NCBI GenBank assembly: GCA_031370005.1
Contig: JANMPT010000039.1
Coordinates: 17,761 to 81,760, forward strand
Direction: 5' to 3'
Length of the DNA: 64,000 nucleotides
From: Bdellovibrionales bacterium
Lineage (GTDB): Bacteria; Bdellovibrionota; Bdellovibrionia; Bdellovibrionales; Bdellovibrionaceae
Part shown: positions 19,219-28,464 of the stretch, piece by piece
Numbering within the stretch: position 1 is the stretch's first letter
Layout: each line of letters opens with the position of its first letter
Notes under the pieces: generated by a model
The model's input: only the letters and a program-made list of their open reading frames with translations
Databases searched by the model: none
What the model was told of the DNA's origin: nothing
Position numbers and translations under genes: made by a program

Positions 19219-20231
19219 GTGCAAGTTCCTTTGGATCAAGATTTGTTGTGACTAGCTTTGGAGAATCTCACGGTAACGCCTTAGGTGTGGTGATTGACGG
19301 TTGCCCTGCGGGCCTTTTATTTGATGAAGCTCTTTTGAAAAAAGAATTGGAACGTCGTCGTCCCGGTGGCGAATTGGTTTCGCAGCGAAAAGAAGAAGAT
19401 GCCTCAGAGGTCTTAAGTGGGGTTTTCGAGGGAAAAACAATCGGCACCCCGATAGCAATCATTGTTAGAAATAAAGATCAAAAATCTCACGACTATGAGC
19501 AAATCAAAGGCTCTCCACGTGCTGGTCATGCTGACGATGTTTGGCAAATGAAATTTGGTCATCGTGATCACCGAGGTGGCGGGCGGTCTTCGGGTCGCGA
19601 AACTGTGGCTCGTGTAATGGCGGGCGCGGTGGCCCAGATGCTTTGTAAGCAGCTTGCTCCGGAGCTGCAACTGAAAGTTTATGCTGGCCAGGTGGGCAGC
19701 TACGTACTTTCAGAGACAGAGCGCAATCAAGTCTGGAATCAAGATATTGAAAAGTTCACGGCACGTTTTCCCTCTGCTCAGCACGAAAAGGTAAAAGAGC
19801 TTTTGTCCCTGGCACAAGCCCAAGGTGAGAGCTACGGCGGGGTCGCAGAAATCCGCATTAAAAGCCCACCCGCAGGCCTTGGTCAGCCGGTCTTTCATAA
19901 GCTTAAGGCGGATCTTGCCCAAGCCTATATGAGTGTCGGAGCAACCTCAGGCGTTGAGCTTGGTGCAGGAGCTGAGGCCCCTAAAGAAAAAGGAACGGAC
20001 TTCCACAAATCATCTCAATCCGAGAACTACGGTGGCATCCGTGGTGGCATCTCTACGGGTGAGGAAATTTTTCTGAAAGCACACTTCAAGCCAACATCGT
20101 CGATTCTCGATGTGGCGAAGAAGGGCCGTCATGATCCTTACATCGTGACTAGAGCAATTCCGGTACTTGAGGCCATGACGTGGTTGGTGCTTGCAGATCA
20201 CTTGCTTTGGGCAAAGACGGATCGAGTTTAG
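19215..20231 (+). CDS. aroC: Chorismate synthase
   Basis: FGESHG, RRRPG, RAGHAD, RSSGRET, GGIRGGIS, FKPTSS, GRHDP; ATGA overlap. Confidence 0.96.
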   Translation: MSASSFGSRFVVTSFGESHGNALGVVIDGCPAGLLFDEALLKKELERRRPGGELVSQRKEEDASEVLSGVFEGKTIGTPIAIIVRNKDQKSHDYEQIKGSPRAGHADDVWQMKFGHRDHRGGGRSSGRETVARVMAGAVAQMLCKQLAPELQLKVYAGQVGSYVLSETERNQVWNQDIEKFTARFPSAQHEKVKELLSLAQAQGESYGGVAEIRIKSPPAGLGQPVFHKLKADLAQAYMSVGATSGVELGAGAEAPKEKGTDFHKSSQSENYGGIRGGISTGEEIFLKAHFKPTSSILDVAKKGRHDPYIVTRAIPVLEAMTWLVLADHLLWAKTDRV

Positions 20232-20845
20232 TAAATTGATGTGATAGTACTAAAAAGCTTTGAGGTGCAGGCGATGGGTGCCATCATTCTGCAGGAAATT
20301 GTGAATTTAGGATAGCTCTTACTTGTTCCATTTTGAAGAACCACCTGAATCTTGTCATAAAGTGTCGTCAGGATCGGGGAGTTGGCCAGTGCTCGCTGCG
20401 ATAGAGTTTTAACATCATCAGCCCCCATGAAATTCACCAAGGTGGCTCCAGTGTCCGCTTCCTGGGAAATGGAAGTCATATTCTCTTTTGCTTTGGAGGG
20501 ATCAATGTAAACACTGCAGGACTCACTGTCAGAGTCGCCACTTTGAATCGACACATTCGCTGTGCAGACAATTTTAAATGCTTCGTCTGAAGTCATGAAA
20601 TAAACTATAGAGTTTTTGAAACCTTCTTGGTCGGGTGACAATGTTTGATCGATGTATAAGCCTGGGCGGATCGCTTCTGAATCGGAAGTAAGAAAAACCG
20701 CAGAGGCGCTCAGAGTTTCATAGATTCGCGCTGAGTCCTTGGAGCCTATAGAAAGAAAGGCCTGTTGATTAGCCGCAATGGCATTTGCAGAGTATGTCCA
20801 AGTCAAAGCTCCTGATGCGATTAGAAAAAGTGTGATATTTTTCAT
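20228..20845 (-). CDS. Secreted hypothetical protein
   Basis: Signal peptide, AGGAG RBS, four Cys. Confidence 0.65.
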   Translation of the reverse strand: MKNITLFLIASGALTWTYSANAIAANQQAFLSIGSKDSARIYETLSASAVFLTSDSEAIRPGLYIDQTLSPDQEGFKNSIVYFMTSDEAFKIVCTANVSIQSGDSDSESCSVYIDPSKAKENMTSISQEADTGATLVNFMGADDVKTLSQRALANSPILTTLYDKIQVVLQNGTSKSYPKFTISCRMMAPIACTSKLFSTITSIY

Positions 20846-20899
20846 GAAAAGTCTCCTACAGTTAGTGTCCGAGAGTGTGCGTATATCATGAGCGGGTTT

Positions 20900-21646
20900 T
20901 TAATTCAATAAAAAGTGAGGAGGAAGAGTATCCGAATACTTTTTTTTCCATTTCCAATCGACGGTCTCTTCATTTACTAAGACAAAAAGCAACGCATCTT
21001 TAGGTTTTTCTTTGAATGCATATTCAACGCTAGAGAGCCGCTGTAGGCTTGATGGAATATAAACTGCTATAGCTTGAAAGCTGAAGGCGGGAGGATCTTG
21101 AAAAGGCGCTAGCATGTGCGAGATAACGTTGTCGTTTTCACTAAACGGTATTGTAGACACTTCAGCGGCGCTCAAATCCAGAGTTACTCCATAAGTTACC
21201 TTATCATCTGTTATGCCAAGACTTGCCCTTTCCTCGCGCGACGAATCGTAGCCTGGAACATCGAAAACGTGAGATTGATCGTTTCGGTCCGAACCTGTTT
21301 CTAGTGCTATTTCAATTCGTTTGGCTGAGAATAATCTAATAAATACGGCATCAGACTCTATTCCCAGCTTTTGCAGTTTGGTGCGAATTGCTGGCAACAA
21401 CAATCTCCATGAAGGCATCAAAATTACTTTAGAGTGGCCTGCTTCAACGCGCTTCATAACTAAGGCATATTCTACTGGATATATGAGTTGATCCTGGTTA
21501 ACTGTGGTAGCGAACAATGAAGCACATTTTGGTGCTTGTGCAAACACCGCAGGATATGACAAAAAAAGTAACAGGGCCGCAAAAAAGAGGGACGTTTTCG
21601 TCCTAAATCTCAGATGGGCATAAGTTGATTTGGTTTTGCCTGCCAT
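20900..21646 (-). CDS. Secreted hypothetical protein
   Basis: 248-aa ORF with signal-like N-terminus. Confidence 0.6.
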   Translation of the reverse strand: MAGKTKSTYAHLRFRTKTSLFFAALLLFLSYPAVFAQAPKCASLFATTVNQDQLIYPVEYALVMKRVEAGHSKVILMPSWRLLLPAIRTKLQKLGIESDAVFIRLFSAKRIEIALETGSDRNDQSHVFDVPGYDSSREERASLGITDDKVTYGVTLDLSAAEVSTIPFSENDNVISHMLAPFQDPPAFSFQAIAVYIPSSLQRLSSVEYAFKEKPKDALLFVLVNEETVDWKWKKKYSDTLPPHFLLN

Positions 21647-21658
21647 GGAGTCACATAG

Positions 21659-21675
21659 TGCAAGTGTGGTGCCAA
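21659..21675 (-). promoter_or_regulatory. Putative sigma54 promoter
   Basis: Minus strand TTGGCAC-CACAC-TTGCA, just upstream of the ATG at 21646. Confidence 0.65.
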
Positions 21676-21729
21676 ATCTGCACTAAAGTCTTGTAAGACT
21701 TTGGTAGTTTTCGACCGAAAAAACAAGAG

Positions 21730-22701
21730 ATGGTAAATTTCGCAAATTTGGATAAAAAACAAAAGCTTAGCATTTTCGGCGTCATGTTAATTCTGATTCT
21801 TTTTTTGTCTTATGATCCGTTTTTGAGTAACACTTCTAATGATGAGGTTTCACGAAGCACCAAGCCACCGCAAATTAAAAACTCACTAGAAAATGCTACA
21901 ATGTCCAAACGGCCCATAGGGGGGGCCTCCCTTCGCGTACACAAGTCGGCGCTGTTAAAATTCGATAAAAAAGTCATAAAAATCTCAACAAATGAGCAAA
22001 ATAGCCCAAGTAGTTCGATAAGAATGCCGGCAGGTGATTCTTATTATGGCGTTGTCCCCGAGCCAGATTTTTTATTACCGAATAAAAGACTATCCATTAT
22101 GCTTGGACGTGAGTTTGTCACCGTGTCTAAAGCTCCAAATGGATATCTATTGGGCTCAGATCTATCTGGAGAAATTAGATACGAAAATTTTATAAAAAAA
22201 GATGAAGTGAGCGGTTATCTTTTAGATATATCCTTAGGCACCTCGTTATTCCATAGCACCTCCGGAAATCTTCAAGTCTCTCAAACTAGATTTTATGGGT
22301 TTAGCTTTGATTTAAAATATATAAAAAAAATAAACTTGGGTGATATAAAGTTAACAGCCGGCGCGAAATACATATTTGGTATGGACGTTCAAGGCTCGCA
22401 GACACAAATTATAGGCAGCACTGTTCCGGGAGTTGGGATTGGATTTGATTATAAGCTGTTACAAATGGAAAATACTTCTGTCCTGTGGAGATATGATTTT
22501 AAATATTATTTTCAAGGTTTGGATAATGACTTTTGGCTGAGCGGCCTTAGTCATAGGCATGAGTTGTTGTTCTCAATTGAGAAAGGCCATTTAAAAAATT
22601 GGGACCTCGGTGTCTACTATAATTATCAGCAGGGCCTTACAACCTCTGCGACTATTGAAACAGATTCTGCGGGGATGAGCTTTGGGCATAGATTTGATTA
22701 A
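21730..22701 (+). CDS. Hypothetical protein with N-terminal TM/signal and C-terminal beta-barrel-like region
   Basis: Alternating aromatic/Gly strands (GVGIGFDY, WDLGVYYNY) and terminal GMSFGHRFD. Confidence 0.6.
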   Translation: MVNFANLDKKQKLSIFGVMLILILFLSYDPFLSNTSNDEVSRSTKPPQIKNSLENATMSKRPIGGASLRVHKSALLKFDKKVIKISTNEQNSPSSSIRMPAGDSYYGVVPEPDFLLPNKRLSIMLGREFVTVSKAPNGYLLGSDLSGEIRYENFIKKDEVSGYLLDISLGTSLFHSTSGNLQVSQTRFYGFSFDLKYIKKINLGDIKLTAGAKYIFGMDVQGSQTQIIGSTVPGVGIGFDYKLLQMENTSVLWRYDFKYYFQGLDNDFWLSGLSHRHELLFSIEKGHLKNWDLGVYYNYQQGLTTSATIETDSAGMSFGHRFD

Positions 22702-22729
22702 TTAGAGTGATTGAAAAGCTAAAAACGAG

Positions 22730-24115
22730 TCAATAAACTGTATCCACAGAGTAAGTGGTTGCGCCAACTGAGCAATATAAAACCCCTGCTGGTGACATCT
22801 GACAGGCATCAGAAACGCCCCGATTATCGACCTGATACCATGAGGTGCCATTATTAGTGCTTTTATAAATGCCAGCAGGTGATATGGCAAAAAGATGTCC
22901 AAGGGAGTTCTGAAAAATTTTGGCAATAGTTTTATCAGTGTTAACTGCGCTCCAAGAGGCTCCGGAGTCTGTGCTGCGCTGGAGCCCTAGCACATGGGCA
23001 TTGTCTGTGATAAAATATTGGCCTAAGTTATCAATGAGCTGAGTTTTATAATCTCCAGCCATTGTTGATAGAGTGTTTAAATTTGTCCAGGTTACTCCAT
23101 CCGTTGTTCTAAAATACTTATATGTGCCCGTTCCAGCAATCCCGCATGAATAAATAAGGGTTGATCCATTGCTAAACATGTTATTATTCATGGTCACGCT
23201 TGTTCCGGCACTACTGCTACAGCCAGGCCGGCTTAGCGCGCTAAATGTCGCTCCAGCATCGATGCTAACCTGTGTTCCAAAATATTCAACTCCCCAGCCT
23301 GACCAATCCGAAGAATGCATATATAGAAAAATCACTCCGTTATTCAAAACGGCCGCGGACACTGAGGTTGGCGTTCCACTTACATTCGCTGTCACAGGAA
23401 TGATACTCAACGTCGACCAAGTTCCGTTATCGCTTTTCCGAATTATAAAACTTCCTCCTGATACCCCGCTATTAGGATCAAGGGCGCTGATGCCAGCAAC
23501 GTAAATATACTTATGCAAAGGGTTAGAGTAATTAAAGCTCACAGTGAAGGCCTGTGAAAAAGTGTCGCCTGCATCAATTCCGGTGGTTAAATGAGGAAAA
23601 CTATCGACTGTAACCCAATTTTGACCATAGTCGGTGCTTTTTTTGACCGTCCAAATTAGAGAAGATGAGCTCGGCACGACATAAAATAAATTTCCATCAG
23701 GATCCATATACGAACTATTAAGATTTGAACGGCTAGCGACAGACTGCAAGCTTCGGATTGGAAAAGTTAGCGTGCCCGCCAAGTTATTACTGTCGAGCGC
23801 TACAACCTTATCTGTCGTGATCGTGGTCGCTAATGTGGGCGTGTAGATACCTGTGGCAGAATTAATCGGAAAACCACTAGAAGAAAAATAGTTATAACTT
23901 CCGGTGCCTCCGGAGGCAGAAAAAGTGATCGACTCACCGGGCATTACTGTTGGCAGAGACGCAGTAAGGACCAAGCTTGAGGTCGCCCCAGAACCAGCGC
24001 TTGTGCCGCTCGTGATAAGCCCTTTACTACTGTTTTGGACGCAGGATAAAAAAGCTAGTGCTACAAAAATAACACCTATCAATGGCCAATGTTGGTTTTT
24101 TTTGTTGAGCACCAT
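22730..24115 (-). CDS. Lipoprotein with BNR/Asp-box (sialidase-like beta-propeller) repeats
   Basis: FLSC lipobox; STDYGQNW, SIDAGATF, TTDGVTW, STDSGASW, STNNGTSW; start may be 24115 or 24121. Confidence 0.75.
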   Translation of the reverse strand: MVLNKKNQHWPLIGVIFVALAFLSCVQNSSKGLITSGTSAGSGATSSLVLTASLPTVMPGESITFSASGGTGSYNYFSSSGFPINSATGIYTPTLATTITTDKVVALDSNNLAGTLTFPIRSLQSVASRSNLNSSYMDPDGNLFYVVPSSSSLIWTVKKSTDYGQNWVTVDSFPHLTTGIDAGDTFSQAFTVSFNYSNPLHKYIYVAGISALDPNSGVSGGSFIIRKSDNGTWSTLSIIPVTANVSGTPTSVSAAVLNNGVIFLYMHSSDWSGWGVEYFGTQVSIDAGATFSALSRPGCSSSAGTSVTMNNNMFSNGSTLIYSCGIAGTGTYKYFRTTDGVTWTNLNTLSTMAGDYKTQLIDNLGQYFITDNAHVLGLQRSTDSGASWSAVNTDKTIAKIFQNSLGHLFAISPAGIYKSTNNGTSWYQVDNRGVSDACQMSPAGVLYCSVGATTYSVDTVY

Positions 24116-24122
24116 TATCATG

Positions 24123-24149
24123 TTATCGGTTTATTTTGCTAAAACTTGA
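24123..24149 (-). promoter_or_regulatory. Putative sigma28/FliA promoter
   Basis: Minus strand TCAAGTTT-N11-ACCGATAA. Confidence 0.6.
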
Positions 24150-24156
24150 GAGGCCG

Positions 24157-24206
24157 TTGACAGGGTGATAGGGCTAAAGCGTCTTCGTTTCAAAACGAGA
24201 TTCAAA
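24157..24206 (+). repeat. Copy 1 of a 50-bp imperfect direct repeat (38/50 identical to 25934-25983)
   Basis: TTGACAGG-N8-GCTAAAGCGTCTTCGTTTCAAAACGAGATTCAAA. Confidence 0.75.
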
Positions 24207-24334
24207 GGTAAATTTTGTGGACGACCTCACTGCCCAGGAATCGCAGAACTGAAAACAGCCCACGAAAGTGGAAACAGAAGTAAGTAACCGATAAAAACAG
24301 GCTAACTCCCAACAGATACAGCGTCGTAAAAAAC

Positions 24335-25753
24335 TTATAGTGATGGTAAAGTGACAGCGCTTAATGAATCTCCCATTTCGCCCGGCTGATCGCCGCGATC
24401 ATTCGTATCACCAAGACCTAACTGACCTGAACTATTGAAACCCCAACATTTAATTTCTTTAGCTTTCGAAATTGCACAAACGTGAGCGCCCCCGGCGGTG
24501 ATGAATTCGGGAACAAAGTTAGTTCCGAGATTTACAAACGGAAGCGCGTCTCCCATTTCATTCGCGTCGTCACCGCGATTTAAAGTGTCGCCAAGGCCTA
24601 GCTGTCCATGCTCATTGTTGCCCCAGCACTTGATATGTTTATCAGTAAACAGAGCGCACGCAAAATAGCTACCTACAGCAATCTGTTCCGCTATGAGGCC
24701 GGTTCCTAAATCAATTGGCAAAAGGTTATCGCCGGTTGTTGCGGCGTCATAACCGCGATAAGCTTTGTCGCCTTGTCCTAGCCGTCCATCCTCATTGTTT
24801 CCCCAACATTTAATTTTTCCTCCCAACAGCAACGCGCAAGAAAAGTCGACCTTAGCCGCAACATCAATTGCGACTTGCCCGCTTCCCAAATTTACCGCTC
24901 GCAAGTTAGCGCCCATTTCATTACTTATGCCGCCTCTTCTTTGAACCGACTCTCCTGCACCTAAGGCGCCAGAGAAATAAGTAATCCCACTACCTAGCAC
25001 AAAACTATTGCGTCCCCAGCACCTTACGACTCCGGTTATCGATAACGAGCATGCGTGTAGATCCCCCACTGTAACTTTCTGAATCTGCTCTGGAAGGCTC
25101 GTCGCGAGATATGTAGAGGCCATATTTATACTTAAAGTTTCATGTCCCAGTTGCCCCTCGGTATTATTTCCCCAGCAGATAACCGCACCGAGCTGATTAA
25201 GTCCGCAGGCAAACGTTCTACCAATACTTATTGAGTTCAGCTGTGAAAACTGACTGCTGAAAGCTCCATAGGGTAAATTGGCTCCCATATCAGCGGATTC
25301 ATCGCCAATAAAGGGGCCAAGCCCAGAAATTATTTGAGAAATATTTTGATGATTAGCGCTGCCCCAACACTTAATTGCTCCAGATAAGGAAAGGGCACAA
25401 GCAGTATCCGTTCCAACTGAAATAGATTTGGATTCAAAACCTAGGTTGATTGGAACAAGATTTGCCACTTCATTGGCGCCGTCACCAATATTCGTGATTG
25501 AACCCTGCCCCAAAATTCCTTTGTAACCTGTCCAGATTTGACCATTTTCGCCCCAACAATAACCTGACCCCACTCCACTTAAATAACAGGTCGACAAGTT
25601 CCCCAGTGTCAACAAGGCTTGAGAAGCCGCCGGAGAGACCGGAATTTGTAGACTTGATCCGTCGGTTTCGAAATTCGAAGAACAAGAGACCAACCCAAAG
25701 GCTATTGTCGTTATTGATATCAAAATCAAGAGAACGAGATTGAGGCTTCTCAT
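24335..25753 (-). CDS. RCC1/BLIP-II repeat lipoprotein
   Basis: LVSC lipobox; repeated ..CAL...G.IKCWG.N..GQLG units. Confidence 0.88.
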   Translation of the reverse strand: MRSLNLVLLILISITTIAFGLVSCSSNFETDGSSLQIPVSPAASQALLTLGNLSTCYLSGVGSGYCWGENGQIWTGYKGILGQGSITNIGDGANEVANLVPINLGFESKSISVGTDTACALSLSGAIKCWGSANHQNISQIISGLGPFIGDESADMGANLPYGAFSSQFSQLNSISIGRTFACGLNQLGAVICWGNNTEGQLGHETLSINMASTYLATSLPEQIQKVTVGDLHACSLSITGVVRCWGRNSFVLGSGITYFSGALGAGESVQRRGGISNEMGANLRAVNLGSGQVAIDVAAKVDFSCALLLGGKIKCWGNNEDGRLGQGDKAYRGYDAATTGDNLLPIDLGTGLIAEQIAVGSYFACALFTDKHIKCWGNNEHGQLGLGDTLNRGDDANEMGDALPFVNLGTNFVPEFITAGGAHVCAISKAKEIKCWGFNSSGQLGLGDTNDRGDQPGEMGDSLSAVTLPSL

Positions 25754-25933
25754 ACTATGCTTATCGGTTCGATCTCACGATTTCTCAAATGAAATTAGGC
25801 ACAGATTATGACTCATTTTGAAATTCTAGCTATGGAGGTGCCGTCTCGGTGCAAGTACGTTTTTCCGCAAACGTTTCCATTTGAGACAGGCCAGCTCATG
25901 GCGCGGCTTGGGATTTCATAAGGAACTGCTGCA

Positions 25934-25983
25934 TTGACAGGCAATACAAGCTAAAACGACTTCGCTTCAAAACGAGATTAAAA
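25934..25983 (+). repeat. Copy 2 of the 50-bp imperfect direct repeat
   Basis: TTGACAGG-N8-GCTAAAACGACTTCGCTTCAAAACGAGATTAAAA. Confidence 0.75.
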
Positions 25984-26020
25984 TTCCTGCCACGGGCACA
26001 ATGCCTATGGCAGTCACTTG

Positions 26021-26305
26021 TTAGTTCGATCTTGTCACTTGTTGAACCTGGCAACCAGACTGTGTTTCGCTTGCGACAACTTCAAAGCTATAGCTTGCGT
26101 TATTTGAGCACAAGGTTTCAACCCAGTAAGTACTAGGCTCTAAAATGCCAGCATCAGTAACCTTACACTTAAACTGATTATCGCTTTCAGCATAAGCCTG
26201 ATTTAGAGCAGATTGTTTAGCAGCCTTAAAGCATCCAATTGGTGATGCCATTGATACGCTGGAAAGGGCAAACGAAGCGAAAAATAGTGCGAAAACTGAT
26301 TTCAT
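26021..26305 (-). CDS. Small secreted Cys-containing hypothetical protein
   Basis: GGAG RBS, MKSVFALFFASFALSSVSMA signal, four Cys. Confidence 0.7.
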   Translation of the reverse strand: MKSVFALFFASFALSSVSMASPIGCFKAAKQSALNQAYAESDNQFKCKVTDAGILEPSTYWVETLCSNNASYSFEVVASETQSGCQVQQVTRSN

Positions 26306-26440
26306 AAAAACTCCCATGTGTGTGTTCAAGAGCACGTACCACCGCCGCCTCTGAATTCCAAGGTCATTATCTGAAACTAAATATGCGCTTAAGGTATTGT
26401 AATAGCTACTTTAGCTTGCTTTAGGCGAAGGCGCCTTATT

Positions 26441-26479
26441 TTTTACTAGATAGATCTAGTAAAATCACTAGATCTATCT
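26441..26479. promoter_or_regulatory. Two overlapping inverted repeats upstream of the second AAA+ ATPase
   Basis: TTTTACTAGAT-AG-ATCTAGTAAAA (26441-26464) and AGATAGATCTAGT-N6-ACTAGATCTATCT (26448-26479). Confidence 0.7.
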
Positions 26480-26503
26480 GCCATAATATGATAAGTTGTT
26501 CCG

Positions 26504-27655
26504 ATGAAGTTCATAATAGAAGCCGCTTTTGTCAAAGAGCTCCGGGAGAATCTGAAGGATAGTCCTCAATTTTTGCAGGTGGTCCTTGGGCCCCGCCAGG
26601 TTGGAAAAACAACGGGTGTTTTGCAGCTTTTAAAGAATAGCCAATCTGAAAGTCTTTATTATTCTGCCGATGAGGAGGTCTCTCCATCTGCAAATTGGAT
26701 TGAGGAAAAGTGGCAGGGGATTTTCTTAAAGCATCCCAATGGGGTACTGGTCCTTGATGAGATTCAGAAAATTCCGGATTGGTCTTCTGTGGTTAAGAGG
26801 GTTTGGGATAGGCAAAAAAAAAATGGTAAATCGAATATCAAGCTTATTCTACTGGGCTCGAGTTCTTTGCAAATTCAGAAAGGACTAAGCGAAAGCCTGA
26901 GCGGTCGATTTCAGCTGGTTCGTGCAGTACACTGGGATATTGCTAGATCCGAAAAACTTGTGAAGATGGGTGTTGATGGCTTTATTCGGTTTGGCGGCTA
27001 TCCAGGTTCTTACCCTTTGATTTCTAAGCCTCAGCAGTGGGAAAAATATATCCGTGATTCAATTATAGAGACCGTGATTGGGAAGGATATTCTTCATATC
27101 GCGCGGGTTAATAAACCCGCTCTTTTTCGCCAGGTATTTGGAATATTGATGTCTTATCCCGCCCAGGAAATTAGCTATACAAAACTTCTTGGCCAGCTGC
27201 AGGATTCAGGAAATACTGACCTGGTAAAGCATTACTTAGAGCTTTATGAGGGAGCCTATTTAATAAAAGCCCTTCAAAAATATTCGGGAAAATCCATAGT
27301 CACAAGGTCCTCCTCGCCAAAATTAATTCCACTTTGCGGGGCGCTCATTGATCGTCGTCTTTTGAAAAGTGAGGAGGGCTACGGGCGAGCTTTTGAGGCC
27401 GCAGTGGGGGCGTGCCTTGTTAACAATGAACTAGAAATATTTTATTGGCGCGAGGGCAACCTAGAAGTGGATTATGTCGTTCTTTACGCAGGTGACATTT
27501 TCGCGATTGAGGTGAAGTCCGGTCGAAAAAAATCCTCTAAAGGCCTCAATGAGTTCGCGAAAAGATTTAAAACGGCAAAAAAAGTTTATATAACCAATGA
27601 CAATATCGAGAAGTTTTTAACGAATCCAAAAATATTTTTAGAGGCATTAACATAG
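26504..27655 (+). CDS. AAA+ ATPase, AAA_14/DUF4143 family
   Basis: GPRQVGKT, LDEIQK, ESLSGRF, GGYP, YWRE..EVDYV..AIEVKSG. Confidence 0.88.
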   Translation: MKFIIEAAFVKELRENLKDSPQFLQVVLGPRQVGKTTGVLQLLKNSQSESLYYSADEEVSPSANWIEEKWQGIFLKHPNGVLVLDEIQKIPDWSSVVKRVWDRQKKNGKSNIKLILLGSSSLQIQKGLSESLSGRFQLVRAVHWDIARSEKLVKMGVDGFIRFGGYPGSYPLISKPQQWEKYIRDSIIETVIGKDILHIARVNKPALFRQVFGILMSYPAQEISYTKLLGQLQDSGNTDLVKHYLELYEGAYLIKALQKYSGKSIVTRSSSPKLIPLCGALIDRRLLKSEEGYGRAFEAAVGACLVNNELEIFYWREGNLEVDYVVLYAGDIFAIEVKSGRKKSSKGLNEFAKRFKTAKKVYITNDNIEKFLTNPKIFLEALT

Positions 27656-27667
27656 ATGGAACGCAGA

Positions 27668-27755
27668 TTTACTTAGTGGTTCCTTGGTAGATATAAGCAA
27701 TGCCTCCGGTGAGGGCAGTAAAACCCATTTTACTAAAGTCACCTGTTTCGTCCAT
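27668..27755 (-). repeat. Exact 88-bp duplicate of the 3' end of menG (other copy 28659-28746)
   Basis: TTTACTTAGTGGTTCC...CCTGTTTCGTCCAT identical base for base in both places. Confidence 0.95.
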
Positions 27756-27852
27756 AAAAGATTTAAGAACTGGCAGATGGTTGCTGACACGGTCGGTACT
27801 GGTCAGGCGCTTGTCAGACAGAATAGCTAAATTTTTAAAAACAAAAAAAAAT

Positions 27853-28152
27853 CTAAGCTACAAGTTTAAAAGTAAGGTGAACGTTCGCCTTATTTAACTG
27901 ATCTTGAATACAAGCTTTGATTGCCAAGGCTTGCGAAAGTTTTGCTTTAGTAGCTATTTTCTTGGCTAAAGTGACTGATACAAGTTGGCGACCTTTTTCA
28001 ACATCGCACAAAGTCCCTTTTGCTAAACCCAGTTTTTGAGCCATTTCAGTTTGCGTAAGGCCTAAAGACTCACGAGCAGCTCGTAAAAACAAAGCAAAAG
28101 TCACGGGGCCATGTTTCTTTTCTAAAATTGGAGATAATCTTTTAGTACTCAT
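27853..28152 (-). CDS. XRE-family HTH antitoxin (HigA-like)
   Basis: LRAARESLGLTQTEMAQKLG..CDVEKG HTH; overlaps the toxin gene end. Confidence 0.85.
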   Translation of the reverse strand: MSTKRLSPILEKKHGPVTFALFLRAARESLGLTQTEMAQKLGLAKGTLCDVEKGRQLVSVTLAKKIATKAKLSQALAIKACIQDQLNKANVHLTFKLVA

Positions 28153-28429
28153 GTTTATTCACCTCTATCACTGTTATTAAAACTAAATCTTTGCTCTCGT
28201 TTTCGACATAAATCACACGGTAGCTTCGATTGAGCCGTGCTGAGCGCTGGCCCTTTCGATCACCCTTTAGGGGTTCATCGTGGTAGCCTTTAAGCTTTCT
28301 GATATCGACTATACCAGTTAATTCAATAGACTCAACCCAGATAAACAAGGCTTCGCTAATTTGCTTTGGGAGTTTCTTAATCTGTTTTTCTGCAAATTTA
28401 GAAATGAAGACTTGTGTTTTTTTACTCAC
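28142..28429 (-). CDS. RelE/HigB-family mRNA interferase toxin
   Basis: GYHDEPLKGDRKGQRSARLNRSYRVIY; toxin-first gene order. Confidence 0.85.
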   Translation of the reverse strand: MSKKTQVFISKFAEKQIKKLPKQISEALFIWVESIELTGIVDIRKLKGYHDEPLKGDRKGQRSARLNRSYRVIYVENESKDLVLITVIEVNKHEY

Positions 28430-28434
28430 AAGTA

Positions 28435-28464
28435 ATCGTAAGGCATTTTGCCTTACATTGTCAA
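28435..28464 (-). promoter_or_regulatory. Sigma70 promoter of the TA operon with operator palindrome, probably leaderless
   Basis: Minus strand TTGACA-N18-TACGAT ending 5 nt before GTG; GTAAGGCA-TTT-TGCCTTAC at 28438-28456. Confidence 0.7.

Noticed and set aside
24335..25000. Internal near-repeats that might suggest an array or diversity-generating element
   Set aside because: Explained by RCC1 protein repeats; no reverse transcriptase and no spacer structure
27700..27897. 65-aa plus-strand ORF
   Set aside because: It is the antisense reading of the duplicated menG fragment running into the antitoxin end
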